The position numbers and the translations under genes are program-made. A DNA stretch of 64,000 bases, from NCBI GenBank assembly GCA_947457565.1, contig CANGWH010000001.1, positions 77,272-141,271 on the forward strand. The letters run 5' to 3'. Under the pieces are notes generated by a model. The model saw only the letters and a program-made list of their open reading frames with translations. It was not told the DNA's origin and made no database searches. Positions 35,189 through 45,830 of the stretch are shown here, piece by piece (the first letter of the stretch is position 1; every line of letters begins with the position of its first letter). This DNA comes from Flavobacteriales bacterium. Its GTDB lineage: Bacteria; Bacteroidota; Bacteroidia; NS11-12g; UBA955.

Positions 35189-38100
35189 CTGCTTTTTTTT
35201 CGGGAATCCATTTTTCAATTTTTCGAGCGGTATATTTCAATTCCATCTCATCAAACACCTGAACAACTTCTAGGTTGTAGTGCATCGCATTTCTTGCTAT
35301 CATTTTAACACCCAATTTCTCATCACCATCGTGAAAATTAAAATACAAGGGTGTATTACCAGGATGTTGCTGTAGAATATCCAGTAATATTTGTTGTTTT
35401 CCTTGATCTAAATCTGCCGGAGTCATATCAACGATAACCGACCGAAAAATGGAATTTTCGTCTACATCTGCTCCCAGTGTGATGCTATGTATTGTAACGC
35501 GCATTTCATCCTTAGACCGCATGTAATCGGTTTGACCATTTAAAATTAGAATATAATCTTTGTTTAAAAGGGCTTTAAATTTCAAGTAGGTATCTTTAAA
35601 TAATGCAATTTCAACACTACCTGAATAGTCCATTAGGGTAAATCTACCATACGGAGTTCCTTTTTGAGAAATGAACTCTTTTGCAGATGTGACAATCCCC
35701 ATTATATTAAACTCAATTTCTTCCTTCTCATCCAAGGCTTTTTGGTAATCTTGAATGGTATGGGTAATTAAACTATCATAAACAAATCGCTGATCATCCA
35801 AAGGGTGTTTACTTAGAAATACGCCTACAAGTTCTTCTTCTTGTTTGAGTTCATCGAGCAACGCCAATCTTTCAACCGACGGTAATTTAGGTTCTGCAGG
35901 CATTGTAGCATCCGCCCCACCACCAAATAACGAAGTTTGTCCGCTTATTTTATCGGCCTGTACCTTTTGTGCATACATCATGGCCAATTCAATACCACTT
36001 TTCCCGCTGGTATCTTCTTTAAAATACTGAGCTCGGTGGTACCTGCCATCAAAATCGAACACCCCTGCCTTTGCCATACATTCCACACTTCGCTTATTTA
36101 CTGATCTTAAATTAACACGGGTAAGCAATTCACACATGCTTTTGAATGGTCCTTTTTCGTCTCGCTCTTTTAATATTTCATCTACGGCACCCTCTCCAAC
36201 ACCTTTTACGGCTGATAATCCAAAGCGAATTTGACCTGCGGAAGTTACCGTAAAGGCACTACGGCTTTCGTTTAAATCTGGTCCTAGAACTTTAATTCCC
36301 TGTCGTCTGCACTCCTCCATGTAGAAGGTGATTTTTTTAATATCGCCCATATTACTTTTCAACACGGCCGACATAAACTGAGCTGGATAATTGGCTTTTA
36401 AATATGCGGTTTGAAAAGCGATAACGGCATAACAGGTTGAGTGCGATTTATTAAATGCATATTGAGCAAATTCCTCCCAATCGGAGTAAATTTTTTCAAG
36501 TGTTTTCTCGGAATAACCTTTGGCCAAAGCACCTGCCATGAAATCTGTTTTCAGTTTATCGATGATGCTTTTATTCTTTTTCCCCATGGCTTTTCTCAAT
36601 TCATCGGCCTTACCTTTTGAAAAGCCTGCTAATTTTTGAGAAAGCAACATTACCTGCTCTTGATATACCGTAATACCATAGGTTTCTTTCAAATACTCCT
36701 CCATTTCTGGCAAATCGTATTCCACGGGTTTACGGCCATGTTTTCTATCGATAAAGTCGGGAATATACTTTAATGGACCAGGTCTGTAGAGAGCATTCAT
36801 TGCAATTAAATCCCCAAATTGAGTGGGTTTCAATTCGCGCATATATTTCTGCATTCCTGGCGATTCAAATTGGAACACCCCATTGGTTTCACCGCGTTGG
36901 AAGAGTTCATACGTTTTTTCATCGTCTAAGGGAATGTCATCCAAAATGATTTCGGTACCTGTAGTTTCTTTAATTATCCGAATAGCGTCCTTCATGATGG
37001 TAAGGGTACTTAAACCCAAAAAGTCCATCTTTAACAGTCCTGCTTTTTCAATTTGGTTAACGTCATATTGAACCTGCATCCAAGGGGAATCCTTGCTTAA
37101 GGAAACGGGTACTAATTCATCGATATCTTGTGGGGCTATGATAATTCCACAAGCATGAACTCCTGTATTCCTTACACTTCCTTCCAACTTTTCGGCATCA
37201 AGTAATACCTTGGCAGCTTCATCACCACTGGTGTAGATACTTTGAATTTCTCTAATTTGATCTAATTCTTCTGGCTTTAAATTGTTGGAATCGTCCTTTG
37301 CCAATTCGTCTACATTTGCATGCAGTAATTTCGCTAAACTCATGTTTCCAGGAACCAATTTACTCAGCCTATCCGTTTGAGAAAGAGGATATTGTAAGAC
37401 GCGACCAACATCTCGAATAGCGCTTTTAGCGGCCATGGTTCCGTAGGTGATAATTTGAGCAATCCGTCGTTTTCCATATTTTTCTGCAACGTATTGAATT
37501 ACTTTTTCACGACCTTCATCGTCAAAATCGATATCCACGTCTGGCATACTCACCCTTTCGGGATTTAAAAATCGCTCAAACAGTAAATCATATTTTACAG
37601 GATCAACATTGGTGATTCCCAAACAATAAGCCACCAAACTTCCAGCGGCAGATCCTCTTCCGGGTCCTACCCAAACATTCATTTCGCGAGCTGCAGTTGT
37701 AAAATCCTGAACAATTAAGAAATATCCTGCAAATCCACTGTTGGTAATTGTACCCAATTCAAAATCCAATCGTTCCTGAACTTGCAACGGAATGGAGCCT
37801 CCATATTTCCTTTTACAACCTTCGTAAGCCAGGTGCTTTAAAAACTCGTTTTGGGATTCAAATCCTTGGGGTAACGAATAATTAGGGAGTACTATATCTC
37901 TAGAAAGTTTTGGCGGATCGATAGAAGCAATAAGCTTATTGGTATTATCTAGAGCCTCAGGAATATCCTTAAACAACTCAAGCATTTCGGCCTGAGATTT
38001 AAAGTAAAACTCATCGTTGGGAAACGCAAATCGAAACCCTCTGCCCCCTTCCTCGTTGGTTGCTTTTGGGGTAGATTGAAACTCCCCTGTATTAATGCAC

Positions 38101-38789
38101 AATAAAATATCATGGGCATTGGCATCTTTTTGATCGGTATAGTGGGAATCGTTAGTTGCGATAATTGGAACATTATACTTCCTGCCCCATTTAATCAAAA
38201 TTTGATTAATATCTTCTTGGTCTACACCGGTTCCATCCAAATTTTTAAGATTATGTCGTTGTAATTCGATGTAATAATCTTCTCCAAAAATCTTGTGCCA
38301 ATCACAAAACACCTTTTCAGCTTCTTCTTCCCCTTTCCACAAGATAGCTTGCGGAACTTGGGCGCCTATGCAGCAAGTTGTAGCAATTAATCCTTCCGAG
38401 TATTGTTCAATTAGCGCCCTATCAACCCGAGGGTATTTAGAATACAATCCTTCTAAATATCCTAGAGAACATAACTTTGCCAAGTTTGCGTATCCTGTTT
38501 GATTTTTCGCTAGTAATAACTGATGGTATCGTTTGTCTTTTGTACCTTGGGTAAAGGTTTTCTGAAAACGATCTTCCACCACATAAAATTCGCAACCGAT
38601 TACAGGAATCAACCCTTCTGCGGTAGTGGCCTGATAAAACTCAAACGCACCAAACATGTTCCCATGGTCTGTTATTGCCATTGCTGGCATACCATCGGCC
38701 TTTGCCTTTTTTACCAAACTTTTAATGCTGGCGGCTCCGTCTAACAGAGAATATTGAGTATGTACGTGAAGATGGGAAAAAACAGGCAT
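35151..38789 (-). CDS. dnaE: DNA polymerase III subunit alpha
   Basis: 1212 aa. PHP domain start FSHLHVHTQYSLLDGA, polymerase core motifs (PDVDIDF, GLLKMDFLGL), and an OB-fold tail. Confidence 0.97.
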   Translation of the reverse strand: MPVFSHLHVHTQYSLLDGAASIKSLVKKAKADGMPAMAITDHGNMFGAFEFYQATTAEGLIPVIGCEFYVVEDRFQKTFTQGTKDKRYHQLLLAKNQTGYANLAKLCSLGYLEGLYSKYPRVDRALIEQYSEGLIATTCCIGAQVPQAILWKGEEEAEKVFCDWHKIFGEDYYIELQRHNLKNLDGTGVDQEDINQILIKWGRKYNVPIIATNDSHYTDQKDANAHDILLCINTGEFQSTPKATNEEGGRGFRFAFPNDEFYFKSQAEMLELFKDIPEALDNTNKLIASIDPPKLSRDIVLPNYSLPQGFESQNEFLKHLAYEGCKRKYGGSIPLQVQERLDFELGTITNSGFAGYFLIVQDFTTAAREMNVWVGPGRGSAAGSLVAYCLGITNVDPVKYDLLFERFLNPERVSMPDVDIDFDDEGREKVIQYVAEKYGKRRIAQIITYGTMAAKSAIRDVGRVLQYPLSQTDRLSKLVPGNMSLAKLLHANVDELAKDDSNNLKPEELDQIREIQSIYTSGDEAAKVLLDAEKLEGSVRNTGVHACGIIIAPQDIDELVPVSLSKDSPWMQVQYDVNQIEKAGLLKMDFLGLSTLTIMKDAIRIIKETTGTEIILDDIPLDDEKTYELFQRGETNGVFQFESPGMQKYMRELKPTQFGDLIAMNALYRPGPLKYIPDFIDRKHGRKPVEYDLPEMEEYLKETYGITVYQEQVMLLSQKLAGFSKGKADELRKAMGKKNKSIIDKLKTDFMAGALAKGYSEKTLEKIYSDWEEFAQYAFNKSHSTCYAVIAFQTAYLKANYPAQFMSAVLKSNMGDIKKITFYMEECRRQGIKVLGPDLNESRSAFTVTSAGQIRFGLSAVKGVGEGAVDEILKERDEKGPFKSMCELLTRVNLRSVNKRSVECMAKAGVFDFDGRYHRAQYFKEDTSGKSGIELAMMYAQKVQADKISGQTSLFGGGADATMPAEPKLPSVERLALLDELKQEEELVGVFLSKHPLDDQRFVYDSLITHTIQDYQKALDEKEEIEFNIMGIVTSAKEFISQKGTPYGRFTLMDYSGSVEIALFKDTYLKFKALLNKDYILILNGQTDYMRSKDEMRVTIHSITLGADVDENSIFRSVIVDMTPADLDQGKQQILLDILQQHPGNTPLYFNFHDGDEKLGVKMIARNAMHYNLEVVQVFDEMELKYTARKIEKWIPEKKADERRFYHSEKRN

Positions 38790-38818
38790 AGTGAAGTATC
38801 GAAATTACGCAGAGTAAT

Positions 38819-38826
38819 CAAAATTA
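38819..38826 (-). promoter_or_regulatory. -7 promoter box TAATTTTG (reverse strand) upstream of dnaE
   Basis: The reverse complement of caaaatta is an exact TAnnTTTG match, 29 nt upstream of ATG 38789. Confidence 0.4.
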
Positions 38827-38964
38827 AAACGAAACAACCCCCTAATTCTCTTAACATTCCATCCACCATTTTCCATTATTTGTACTTAATATTATCTCAA
38901 TAAATTATTCCATATGACGTTATTAATAGGCAAAACTTGTGGGTTTCTGGAAGGTCAAATACCC

Positions 38965-38972
38965 TAATTTTG
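38965..38972 (+). promoter_or_regulatory. -7 promoter box TAATTTTG upstream of recF
   Basis: Exact TAnnTTTG match, 17 nt upstream of ATG 38990. Confidence 0.45.
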
Positions 38973-38989
38973 AATAGAAACTAAATTCC

Positions 38990-40075
38990 ATGCATATAAG
39001 CAAACTCCAATTATTTAATTTCAAGAATCACGAATCTCTGAATTTGGAGTTAATCCCAGGAGTGAACATCTTAACAGGAAACAATGGTGTTGGCAAAACC
39101 AATTGCTTAGATGCTGTGCACTGTTTGTCCAATGGAAAAAGTTATTTCACGTCTCTAGACAGTCAGTTAATAAAACATGGACAGGATTTTTTTACCATTA
39201 AAGCAGCGGTTGGTAATGCAATAGATACACAGGACACTACGGAGATTCTTCTTCAATTTGATAAAGGGAAAAAAACCATCAAAAAGAACGGCAAAAACTA
39301 CCCTCGATTAAGCGATCACATTGGCTTTATTCAAACGGTGATGATTACTCCATACGACATCGAATTAGTATTAGGCAATAGTGATGAACGCAGACGATTC
39401 ATGGATTTGTTAATTAGTCAGTTAAACACCGAATACTTACATCATTTAATGGTATATCGCAAAGCTGTAGAACAAAGAAACAGCTTATTAAAAGCTTGGA
39501 GTGGTAGAAATATGGACGATGATTTATTAGAAAGTTTCGACCAAAAATTAATCCCTTCAGCAACCCTTATTCATCAAATTCGTTATTCCATTACTCAAGA
39601 AATAATACCCATTTTCAAACGTATTTATGCCGCTTTAGCCAGCACTGACGAACTTGTTGAAATCAACTATAGCTCACCACTGCATGAAAATGCAATGCAG
39701 GATTTACTAAAGCTAAACAGAAGCAATGATTTATTTGCCGAAAGAACTACAGCTGGACCTCACAAGGATGATTGGGTATTTGAACTGCAAGGAAATCCAT
39801 TACGAAAATTTGGTTCACAAGGTCAAATTAAATCCTTCGTTATCGCATTAAAAATTGCTCAATATCGATTTTTTCAAGAAAAACTAGGTAAGACACCTAT
39901 ATTATTATTGGATGATATTTTCGAAAAAATCGATGAGTCTCGAGCGCAAAGACTCATGGAACTAGTTGAAAGTGAAGGATTTGGGCAAATATTAATAACA
40001 GACACACACCCAGAGCGTGTTGAAAAACACTTAAGCCAATTAAACGGGGAACATAATCATCGAAGTGTTGGATAA
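38990..40075 (+). CDS. recF: DNA replication and repair protein RecF
   Basis: L.L.NFKNH, Walker A GNNGVGKTNCLDA, signature SQGQ.KS, and Walker B LLLDDIF. Confidence 0.93.
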   Translation: MHISKLQLFNFKNHESLNLELIPGVNILTGNNGVGKTNCLDAVHCLSNGKSYFTSLDSQLIKHGQDFFTIKAAVGNAIDTQDTTEILLQFDKGKKTIKKNGKNYPRLSDHIGFIQTVMITPYDIELVLGNSDERRRFMDLLISQLNTEYLHHLMVYRKAVEQRNSLLKAWSGRNMDDDLLESFDQKLIPSATLIHQIRYSITQEIIPIFKRIYAALASTDELVEINYSSPLHENAMQDLLKLNRSNDLFAERTTAGPHKDDWVFELQGNPLRKFGSQGQIKSFVIALKIAQYRFFQEKLGKTPILLLDDIFEKIDESRAQRLMELVESEGFGQILITDTHPERVEKHLSQLNGEHNHRSVG

Positions 40076-40182
40076 AGTTAAAAAATAGTATTTACGGATT
40101 CGCCACGCTTACAATTATTCATTTATAATTTACGAACGCGTAGAGGATACGTTTTAGTGTACCCTGAGTTGTTGGTATACGA

Positions 40183-41403
40183 TTACATATATAATCCTGC
40201 CAACAAATCAATATCGTGGTATTTAAAACCAAATTTATCCGATAAATTTTTATTGGTTAAGTTTCCACGATACAGATAGGTACCTTTTCTAATTCCTTGT
40301 TTATGCTTTAAAAACTCGGCAAATCCGCCCAATTGGGCCATTTCATCCAACATCGGTGAAAACACGTTGCTTAGAGCATAGCTGGCGGTTCTGCTAACTC
40401 TTGATGCTATATTTGGAATGCAATAATGAATTACATCATGCTTCTTAAACACAGGGTTTTCGTGGGTAGTTAGTTCGCTGGTTTCAAAATTTCCACCACG
40501 ATCAATGGCTACATCAATAAGTACAGAATTTGGTCGCATTTTCATAACCATATCTTCCGAAACAACTACTGGGGAGCGTGCAGTTGTTCCCGCTAATGCA
40601 CCAATTACAACATCAGCAGAAGCCAATGAATTTGACAATACTTGTGGCTGTAGTGTACTGGTATACAAGTGAAATCCAAAAGATTTTTGAATTCTACGCA
40701 ACCGATACATATTGTTATCAAAAACCTTAACATTCGCTCCAAGACCAAGGGCCGCTTTGGTAGCAAACTCCCCTACTGCTCCAGCGCCAATTACCACAAC
40801 TTGAGTTGGAGGAACCCCAGCGAATCCTCCAAGTAATTCCCCTTTTCCAATATTGGTATTATTTAAATACTCTGCTGCAATTAAGATGGATGCGGTGCCA
40901 GCAATTTCACTCATAGCCCGAATAATGGGGCGTGTACCGCCATCGTCTTCCAAAAACTCATACGATAAAGCATTAATCTTTTTATCCATCATTTTCCGCA
41001 ATAAAACAGGACTTAACTGATTAATTTGCAATGCAGAAATTAGCAATTGCCCTGATTTCATTTTATCAATTTCTTGATCGGTGGGGGGATCAATTTTCAA
41101 TATCGTGTCACAGGAGTAAATCTGATCTTGATCGTATACAATTTGCGCTCCCGATTCAGAAAACTGATTATCTGAAAAATTTGCATTTCTGCCGGCTCCC
41201 GACTCAATCAATATTCTATGGCCATTTGCCGATAAAAAAGATACAGCTGCAGGTGTTAATGGAACCCTATTTTCTTGAAACGTAGTTTCTTTGGGTATTC
41301 CAATATTTAATTGCCCATGTTTAAATTCAATGGGCATTGCCTGCGCTTGAGGCTGAGCGTAAGATTCTACGGGGGATTCGCTGAGATTTTTCGACATATT
41401 CAT
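40183..41403 (-). CDS. Alanine dehydrogenase / PNT-family NAD(H)-binding protein
   Basis: AlaDH/PNT N-terminal domain (IGIPKE...ENRV.LTP) and NAD-binding loop VVVIGAGAVGEFA. 406 aa with a ~25-aa N-terminal extension. Confidence 0.8.
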   Translation of the reverse strand: MNMSKNLSESPVESYAQPQAQAMPIEFKHGQLNIGIPKETTFQENRVPLTPAAVSFLSANGHRILIESGAGRNANFSDNQFSESGAQIVYDQDQIYSCDTILKIDPPTDQEIDKMKSGQLLISALQINQLSPVLLRKMMDKKINALSYEFLEDDGGTRPIIRAMSEIAGTASILIAAEYLNNTNIGKGELLGGFAGVPPTQVVVIGAGAVGEFATKAALGLGANVKVFDNNMYRLRRIQKSFGFHLYTSTLQPQVLSNSLASADVVIGALAGTTARSPVVVSEDMVMKMRPNSVLIDVAIDRGGNFETSELTTHENPVFKKHDVIHYCIPNIASRVSRTASYALSNVFSPMLDEMAQLGGFAEFLKHKQGIRKGTYLYRGNLTNKNLSDKFGFKYHDIDLLAGLYM

Positions 41404-41557
41404 CGATTGTATAAAATTAGCAACAAATCGTTAGTTTCTAATACGATTTAAACGATTTTTTCTAATTATTTTTTTTCTTGTTGCGAAATTAACAATTTTA
41501 TGGCTCAATTTAGATGTGGCTTGGTTTTTGCTCACAATAAAAGTCTTCATTATCAGT

Positions 41558-41565
41558 TATATTTG
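41558..41565 (+). promoter_or_regulatory. -7 promoter box TATATTTG, 6 nt upstream of ATG 41572
   Basis: Exact TAnnTTTG match. A second in-frame ATG lies at 41578. Confidence 0.45.
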
Positions 41566-41571
41566 TAAAAT

Positions 41572-42822
41572 ATGCGAATGGCTAAGTGGTTTATACTTGT
41601 TTTTATTATTGCTGTGAATGCAGTTCAAGGTCAGGCTCCGGTTAATCCGATGCAGGACAATGACATCAAACGAATCGATAGTTTAACAAGGATTTTATAC
41701 GGTTCAATCCCTAGTCATTCCCCTATTGCAGCGGAAGATAATAGATACAGCAGCGGTAATGATTTTGAAAGAAAAATGCAGCTACTTGGGAGTAATATTC
41801 CATTCGAATACCATCCTTTAGTAGAAAAGCACATACGGTATTTCATGAGTTACGGAGAGCAGTACTATGAGATGATCCACCAACGCATGAAATTGTATTT
41901 CCCCATTTTTGAAGAAATTTTAGATCGTTATGGATTACCAACCGAATTAAAATACGTTTCTGTTATTGAATCAAATCTTAACCCAAGCGCTGTTTCTTGG
42001 TGCGGGGCTACCGGATTATGGCAATTCATGCCTTACACCGGCAAAATGATGGGAATGAGGATTGGATTTCCTGTAGACGATAGAAAGAGCATAGTTACAT
42101 CAACCGAAAAAGCCTGCGAATACTTTTTAAATTCACAATCGCTATTTAATAATTGGCTTATGACTATTGCATCTTACAATTGTGGGCCAGGGAACATCAA
42201 CAAAGCCATACGAAGAAGTGGTGGAAAAACTGATTTTTGGAAGATTCTCCCATTTTTACCCCAGGAAACACAGAATTATGTACCCAAATTTATAGCCGCA
42301 GCGTATGTTTTAAACTTTACTGCCAAAGGGAAAAATTTATCGCATAACTTAGAAAGCATTGTATTAGCGCCTACTCGTATCGATTCTACCTTGCATTTAC
42401 AAAAAATCTCTCAATACCTAGGACCTGATTTTGGTGTAATGGAATTAAATCAAGAGTTACTGAACCATAATACCTCGTTGGCCCATAATAGTGTTATTTT
42501 ATTACCCTACCAAGCGAGCATGTCCTTCATTCGCAACAACGACAGTGCCTGCACCTATGCACGTTACCAGTACATGGGGTATCCTGGCGCAGGTAGTAGT
42601 TACCAGAAAAGCTCCACTTACCAAAAACCGCAAGTACAAAGCACCGCAAACCGCACTCCGAAGGGCACCTATAGAGCCGTTTACACCGTTAGAAGCGGAC
42701 AAACTTTATCGGCTATTGCTAGAACACATGGTGTTACCGTGAGCCAAATAAAATCTTGGAATAACTTGCGAACCGATCGATTACGAGTTGGCCAAAAGCT
42801 AATCATCTACAAACGTCGATAA
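41572..42822 (+). CDS. Lytic transglycosylase (SLT domain) with a C-terminal LysM domain, MltD-like
   Basis: Signal peptide. SLT catalytic region VIESNLNPSAVSWCGATGLWQFMPYTG ... ASYNCGPGN. LysM domain YTVRSGQTLSAIARTHGVTVSQIKSWNNL...L.VGQKL. Confidence 0.85.
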   Translation: MRMAKWFILVFIIAVNAVQGQAPVNPMQDNDIKRIDSLTRILYGSIPSHSPIAAEDNRYSSGNDFERKMQLLGSNIPFEYHPLVEKHIRYFMSYGEQYYEMIHQRMKLYFPIFEEILDRYGLPTELKYVSVIESNLNPSAVSWCGATGLWQFMPYTGKMMGMRIGFPVDDRKSIVTSTEKACEYFLNSQSLFNNWLMTIASYNCGPGNINKAIRRSGGKTDFWKILPFLPQETQNYVPKFIAAAYVLNFTAKGKNLSHNLESIVLAPTRIDSTLHLQKISQYLGPDFGVMELNQELLNHNTSLAHNSVILLPYQASMSFIRNNDSACTYARYQYMGYPGAGSSYQKSSTYQKPQVQSTANRTPKGTYRAVYTVRSGQTLSAIARTHGVTVSQIKSWNNLRTDRLRVGQKLIIYKRR

Positions 42823-42855
42823 CGGGCATTTTTTACCAAAAACAAGGTTAATTTG

Positions 42856-44001
42856 ATGAAATCTGTGGGTAGAGTCCTTAGTTTCAGTATTGTTTCGTTG
42901 CTGATAATTTTCCTTTGTGAATCCTGTGGAAATGCACCAAAGGTTGGTAATCCTACGGAATTTAGTTTAGAAAGCTCAGGGAAAGTAACAATTGTGGATG
43001 CAACCGATCATTCGGAACTGGAATCTCCGGTATTGAATTTATTTGTAAATACGATTTGGGGTATCGATAGTCAAATGGTTAATTACGAAAACCCTAACGG
43101 GGGATTCGAACCGATGATGATTTACGATGTTATGGAAGCTAGCGAATTTTTTGCAGAATCTTCAGCGGGCAATATTAAAAATCATCTTTCTCCCCTCATT
43201 TGTATTTTTTGCGATGGTGAATCCGTAGACGATTGCAACGCTGCTATTGTAAAAGATATTAAACCGTTAAAGGCCTCTCCCATTGAGTTTACCACAAATT
43301 CAATGACAATGCTGGGCTATAAATACAAGGATGTTTGGGCTCAGAATCAATGTGTCCTAATCATTCCAATAGGTAAAAAACAATCACTTAATAATTTCAA
43401 TGCCAATCATTTAAAAATTGAACAATGGTTTGTGGATGAGGAATATAGATTGGGAACGAATTCGATTGAAGGAAACAGTAAATATCAAGATAGTATTGCT
43501 AATATTCTGTTGGAGAATTATGGATTAGGAATCGATTTTAACTATACCTTTAAATTGGTATTAAATCAAGCTCAGCGACATGGAAGAATCCTCTGGCTAC
43601 GAAACGAAACTCCACAAAATCATAGCAATATTATCATTCAATTAATTGATACTGCGATGAATTTAAACAACTTAAACAACCGCAGCCTCATTGCAGAAAG
43701 AAATCAATTCACAAAACAAATTCTACGAAATACCGAAGGCGGATGGGTAGAAGTAACAGAAAGTGGTTCTTTTCCGTTTGATATCAAGAAAATTGATAAT
43801 CATATAATTGAAGTACATGGATGGTACAGTGAATTAAACACTACACGTAGAGGCCCATTTATTCGCAAGTACCTTGTTGATAAAGAATTAAATCGAACAA
43901 TTATTCTGGATGCTTTTGTATTTGCACCAAATCAATCTCGGTTACCTATGATGCGCGAATTGCATCGATATTTAAAATCAACAGAATCTGTATGGAAATA
44001 A
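42856..44001 (+). CDS. Hypothetical lipoprotein (possibly DUF4837-like)
   Basis: Lipobox-like LIIFLCESCGN after a signal sequence. I recognise no catalytic motifs. Position between the LysM lytic transglycosylase and purN. Start taken at ATG 42856 (TTG 42853 is in frame). Confidence 0.5.
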   Translation: MKSVGRVLSFSIVSLLIIFLCESCGNAPKVGNPTEFSLESSGKVTIVDATDHSELESPVLNLFVNTIWGIDSQMVNYENPNGGFEPMMIYDVMEASEFFAESSAGNIKNHLSPLICIFCDGESVDDCNAAIVKDIKPLKASPIEFTTNSMTMLGYKYKDVWAQNQCVLIIPIGKKQSLNNFNANHLKIEQWFVDEEYRLGTNSIEGNSKYQDSIANILLENYGLGIDFNYTFKLVLNQAQRHGRILWLRNETPQNHSNIIIQLIDTAMNLNNLNNRSLIAERNQFTKQILRNTEGGWVEVTESGSFPFDIKKIDNHIIEVHGWYSELNTTRRGPFIRKYLVDKELNRTIILDAFVFAPNQSRLPMMRELHRYLKSTESVWK

Positions 44002-44588
44002 ATCTTCCTAAAAGATTATTAATTTTCGCTTCTGGCAGTGGCAGTAATGCGGAAAACTTGATTCATTTTTTTAGAGAATTGGAAAATTCCATTATTGCCG
44101 AAGTTGTTGGTATAATTTGTAACAATTCCCAAGCTGGCGTCATCCAGCGTGCTGAACGACTTGATATCCCATGCCACATCATTTCTAACGAACAATGGCA
44201 AAACAAGGAATTCATGATTGAATTGGTAGTCAAAACATCCCCCCACTTGATTATCTTGGCTGGTTTTCTAAAAAAATTCCCCGTTGAACTAATTAACATC
44301 GTTAATGGTAATGTAATTAATTTACATCCAGCCTTATTGCCAAAATTTGGAGGGAAAGGGATGTATGGGATGAACGTTCATAAAGCGGTTATTGAATATA
44401 AAGAGAAAGAAACCGGTATAACCATTCATTGGGTTAATGAACATTACGATGAAGGCAATATCATTCAACAATTTTCTTTCACAGTAACCAAAGAAGACAC
44501 CCCGGAAACCATAGCGCATAAAATTCATGATTTGGAATACGCTCATTTTCCCGAGGTGGTAAAACAACTGTTACTGGAACGCAGTTAA
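43992..44588 (+). CDS. purN: Phosphoribosylglycinamide formyltransferase
   Basis: ASGSGSNAENL, LAGF...., INLHPALLPKFGG.G and H.V....D.G.II motifs. Overlaps the upstream gene by 10 nt. Confidence 0.9.
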   Translation: MEINLPKRLLIFASGSGSNAENLIHFFRELENSIIAEVVGIICNNSQAGVIQRAERLDIPCHIISNEQWQNKEFMIELVVKTSPHLIILAGFLKKFPVELINIVNGNVINLHPALLPKFGGKGMYGMNVHKAVIEYKEKETGITIHWVNEHYDEGNIIQQFSFTVTKEDTPETIAHKIHDLEYAHFPEVVKQLLLERS

Positions 44589-44651
44589 GAAAAATTACTT
44601 ATTCTTCTTTAAATAATCGCATTCGATTTAGGCAAACTAATCGGAAGGTGG

Positions 44652-44659
44652 TAATTTTG
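44652..44659 (+). promoter_or_regulatory. -7 promoter box TAATTTTG, 4 nt upstream of ATG 44664
   Basis: Exact TAnnTTTG match. The spacing predicts a leaderless or near-leaderless transcript. Confidence 0.5.
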
Positions 44660-44663
44660 GACT

Positions 44664-45830
44664 ATGGAATTATCTACTCAGCATATAGAAACTTTAGTGT
44701 TGCATGCGGGCATCGAACCTGATCCCAGTACAGGCGCAATTATGACCCCTATTTTCCAAACAAGCACGTATGTGCAAGCTGCTCCTGGAGACCACAAAGG
44801 ATACGAATATGCGAGAACTCAAAACCCAACCCGAGACGTTTTACAAAAGAATTTAGCCGCTTTAGAAGGTATGGATCATGGCTTATGCTTTAGTACTGGA
44901 ATGGGTGCTATTGACGCTTGTGTTAAACTTTTACAACCGGGTGACGAAGTAGTGTCTACCAATGATTTATATGGTGGAACCTACCGAATTTTCACCAAAA
45001 TTTTCCAGCCATATGGTATAAAGTTCAATTTCGTTGATATGTCGGATTTATCCGCAGTACAATCGGCTATTACTTCTAGAACAAAGATGGTTTGGATTGA
45101 AACGCCTACCAATCCATTGTTACGTATTATTGATATCCAATCCGTTGCTCAACTTGGCAAATCTGTTGGAGCTACAGTCATCGTGGATAATACTTTCTCA
45201 TCCCCCTATTTACAGCAACCCGGGAAATTAGGCGCTGATATTGTAATGCATTCGGCTACTAAGTATTTAAACGGACATAGCGACGTAGTTATGGGCGTTT
45301 TATGTACTTCATCCCAAGAACTTAGAGACCGATTGGCGTTTATTCAAAATTCTTGCGGTGCAACTCCAGGGCCAATGGATTGTTTTTTAGTTTTACGCGG
45401 TTTAAAAACTTTGCACGTCCGTATGCAACGTCATTGCGAAAATGGAAAAGTAATTGCCCATTGGTTGAAAAGTCATCCAAAAGTGGGGCAAGTATATTGG
45501 CCAGGGTTTGAAGATCACTTCAATCATGAAGTAGCTAAAAAGCAAATGAATGATTTTGGTGGAATGATTAGTTTCACCCTTAAGTCCAACTCCGTAGAAT
45601 CAGCCATGCAATTTTTGAAATCCACTCAATTATTCTCATTAGCGGAAAGCTTGGGTGGAGTGGAAAGTTTGGTTGGACACCCAGCCACAATGACTCACGC
45701 CAGCATCCCTAAAGAGGAGCGCGAAGCTAATGGATTGAAAGACAGTTTGATCCGATTAAGCGTTGGCATTGAACACATCGATGATTTAATTGCCGATTTA
45801 GAACAAGCATTATCCGCAGTTACTGAATAA
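44664..45830 (+). CDS. PLP-dependent trans-sulfuration enzyme (cystathionine gamma-synthase / beta- or gamma-lyase family)
   Basis: Cys/Met metabolism PLP family. YARTQNPTR, DNTF.SPY.Q.P...GADIV.HSATKYLNGHSDVV (PLP lysine), and SLGGVESL. The exact reaction cannot be told from sequence alone. Confidence 0.88.
   Translation: MELSTQHIETLVLHAGIEPDPSTGAIMTPIFQTSTYVQAAPGDHKGYEYARTQNPTRDVLQKNLAALEGMDHGLCFSTGMGAIDACVKLLQPGDEVVSTNDLYGGTYRIFTKIFQPYGIKFNFVDMSDLSAVQSAITSRTKMVWIETPTNPLLRIIDIQSVAQLGKSVGATVIVDNTFSSPYLQQPGKLGADIVMHSATKYLNGHSDVVMGVLCTSSQELRDRLAFIQNSCGATPGPMDCFLVLRGLKTLHVRMQRHCENGKVIAHWLKSHPKVGQVYWPGFEDHFNHEVAKKQMNDFGGMISFTLKSNSVESAMQFLKSTQLFSLAESLGGVESLVGHPATMTHASIPKEEREANGLKDSLIRLSVGIEHIDDLIADLEQALSAVTE

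Noticed and set aside
44589-44663. Possible SAM or other riboswitch upstream of the trans-sulfuration gene
   Set aside because: The spacer is only 75 nt and contains a -7 box 4 nt from the ATG, leaving no room for a structured leader. I see no conserved riboswitch core sequences.
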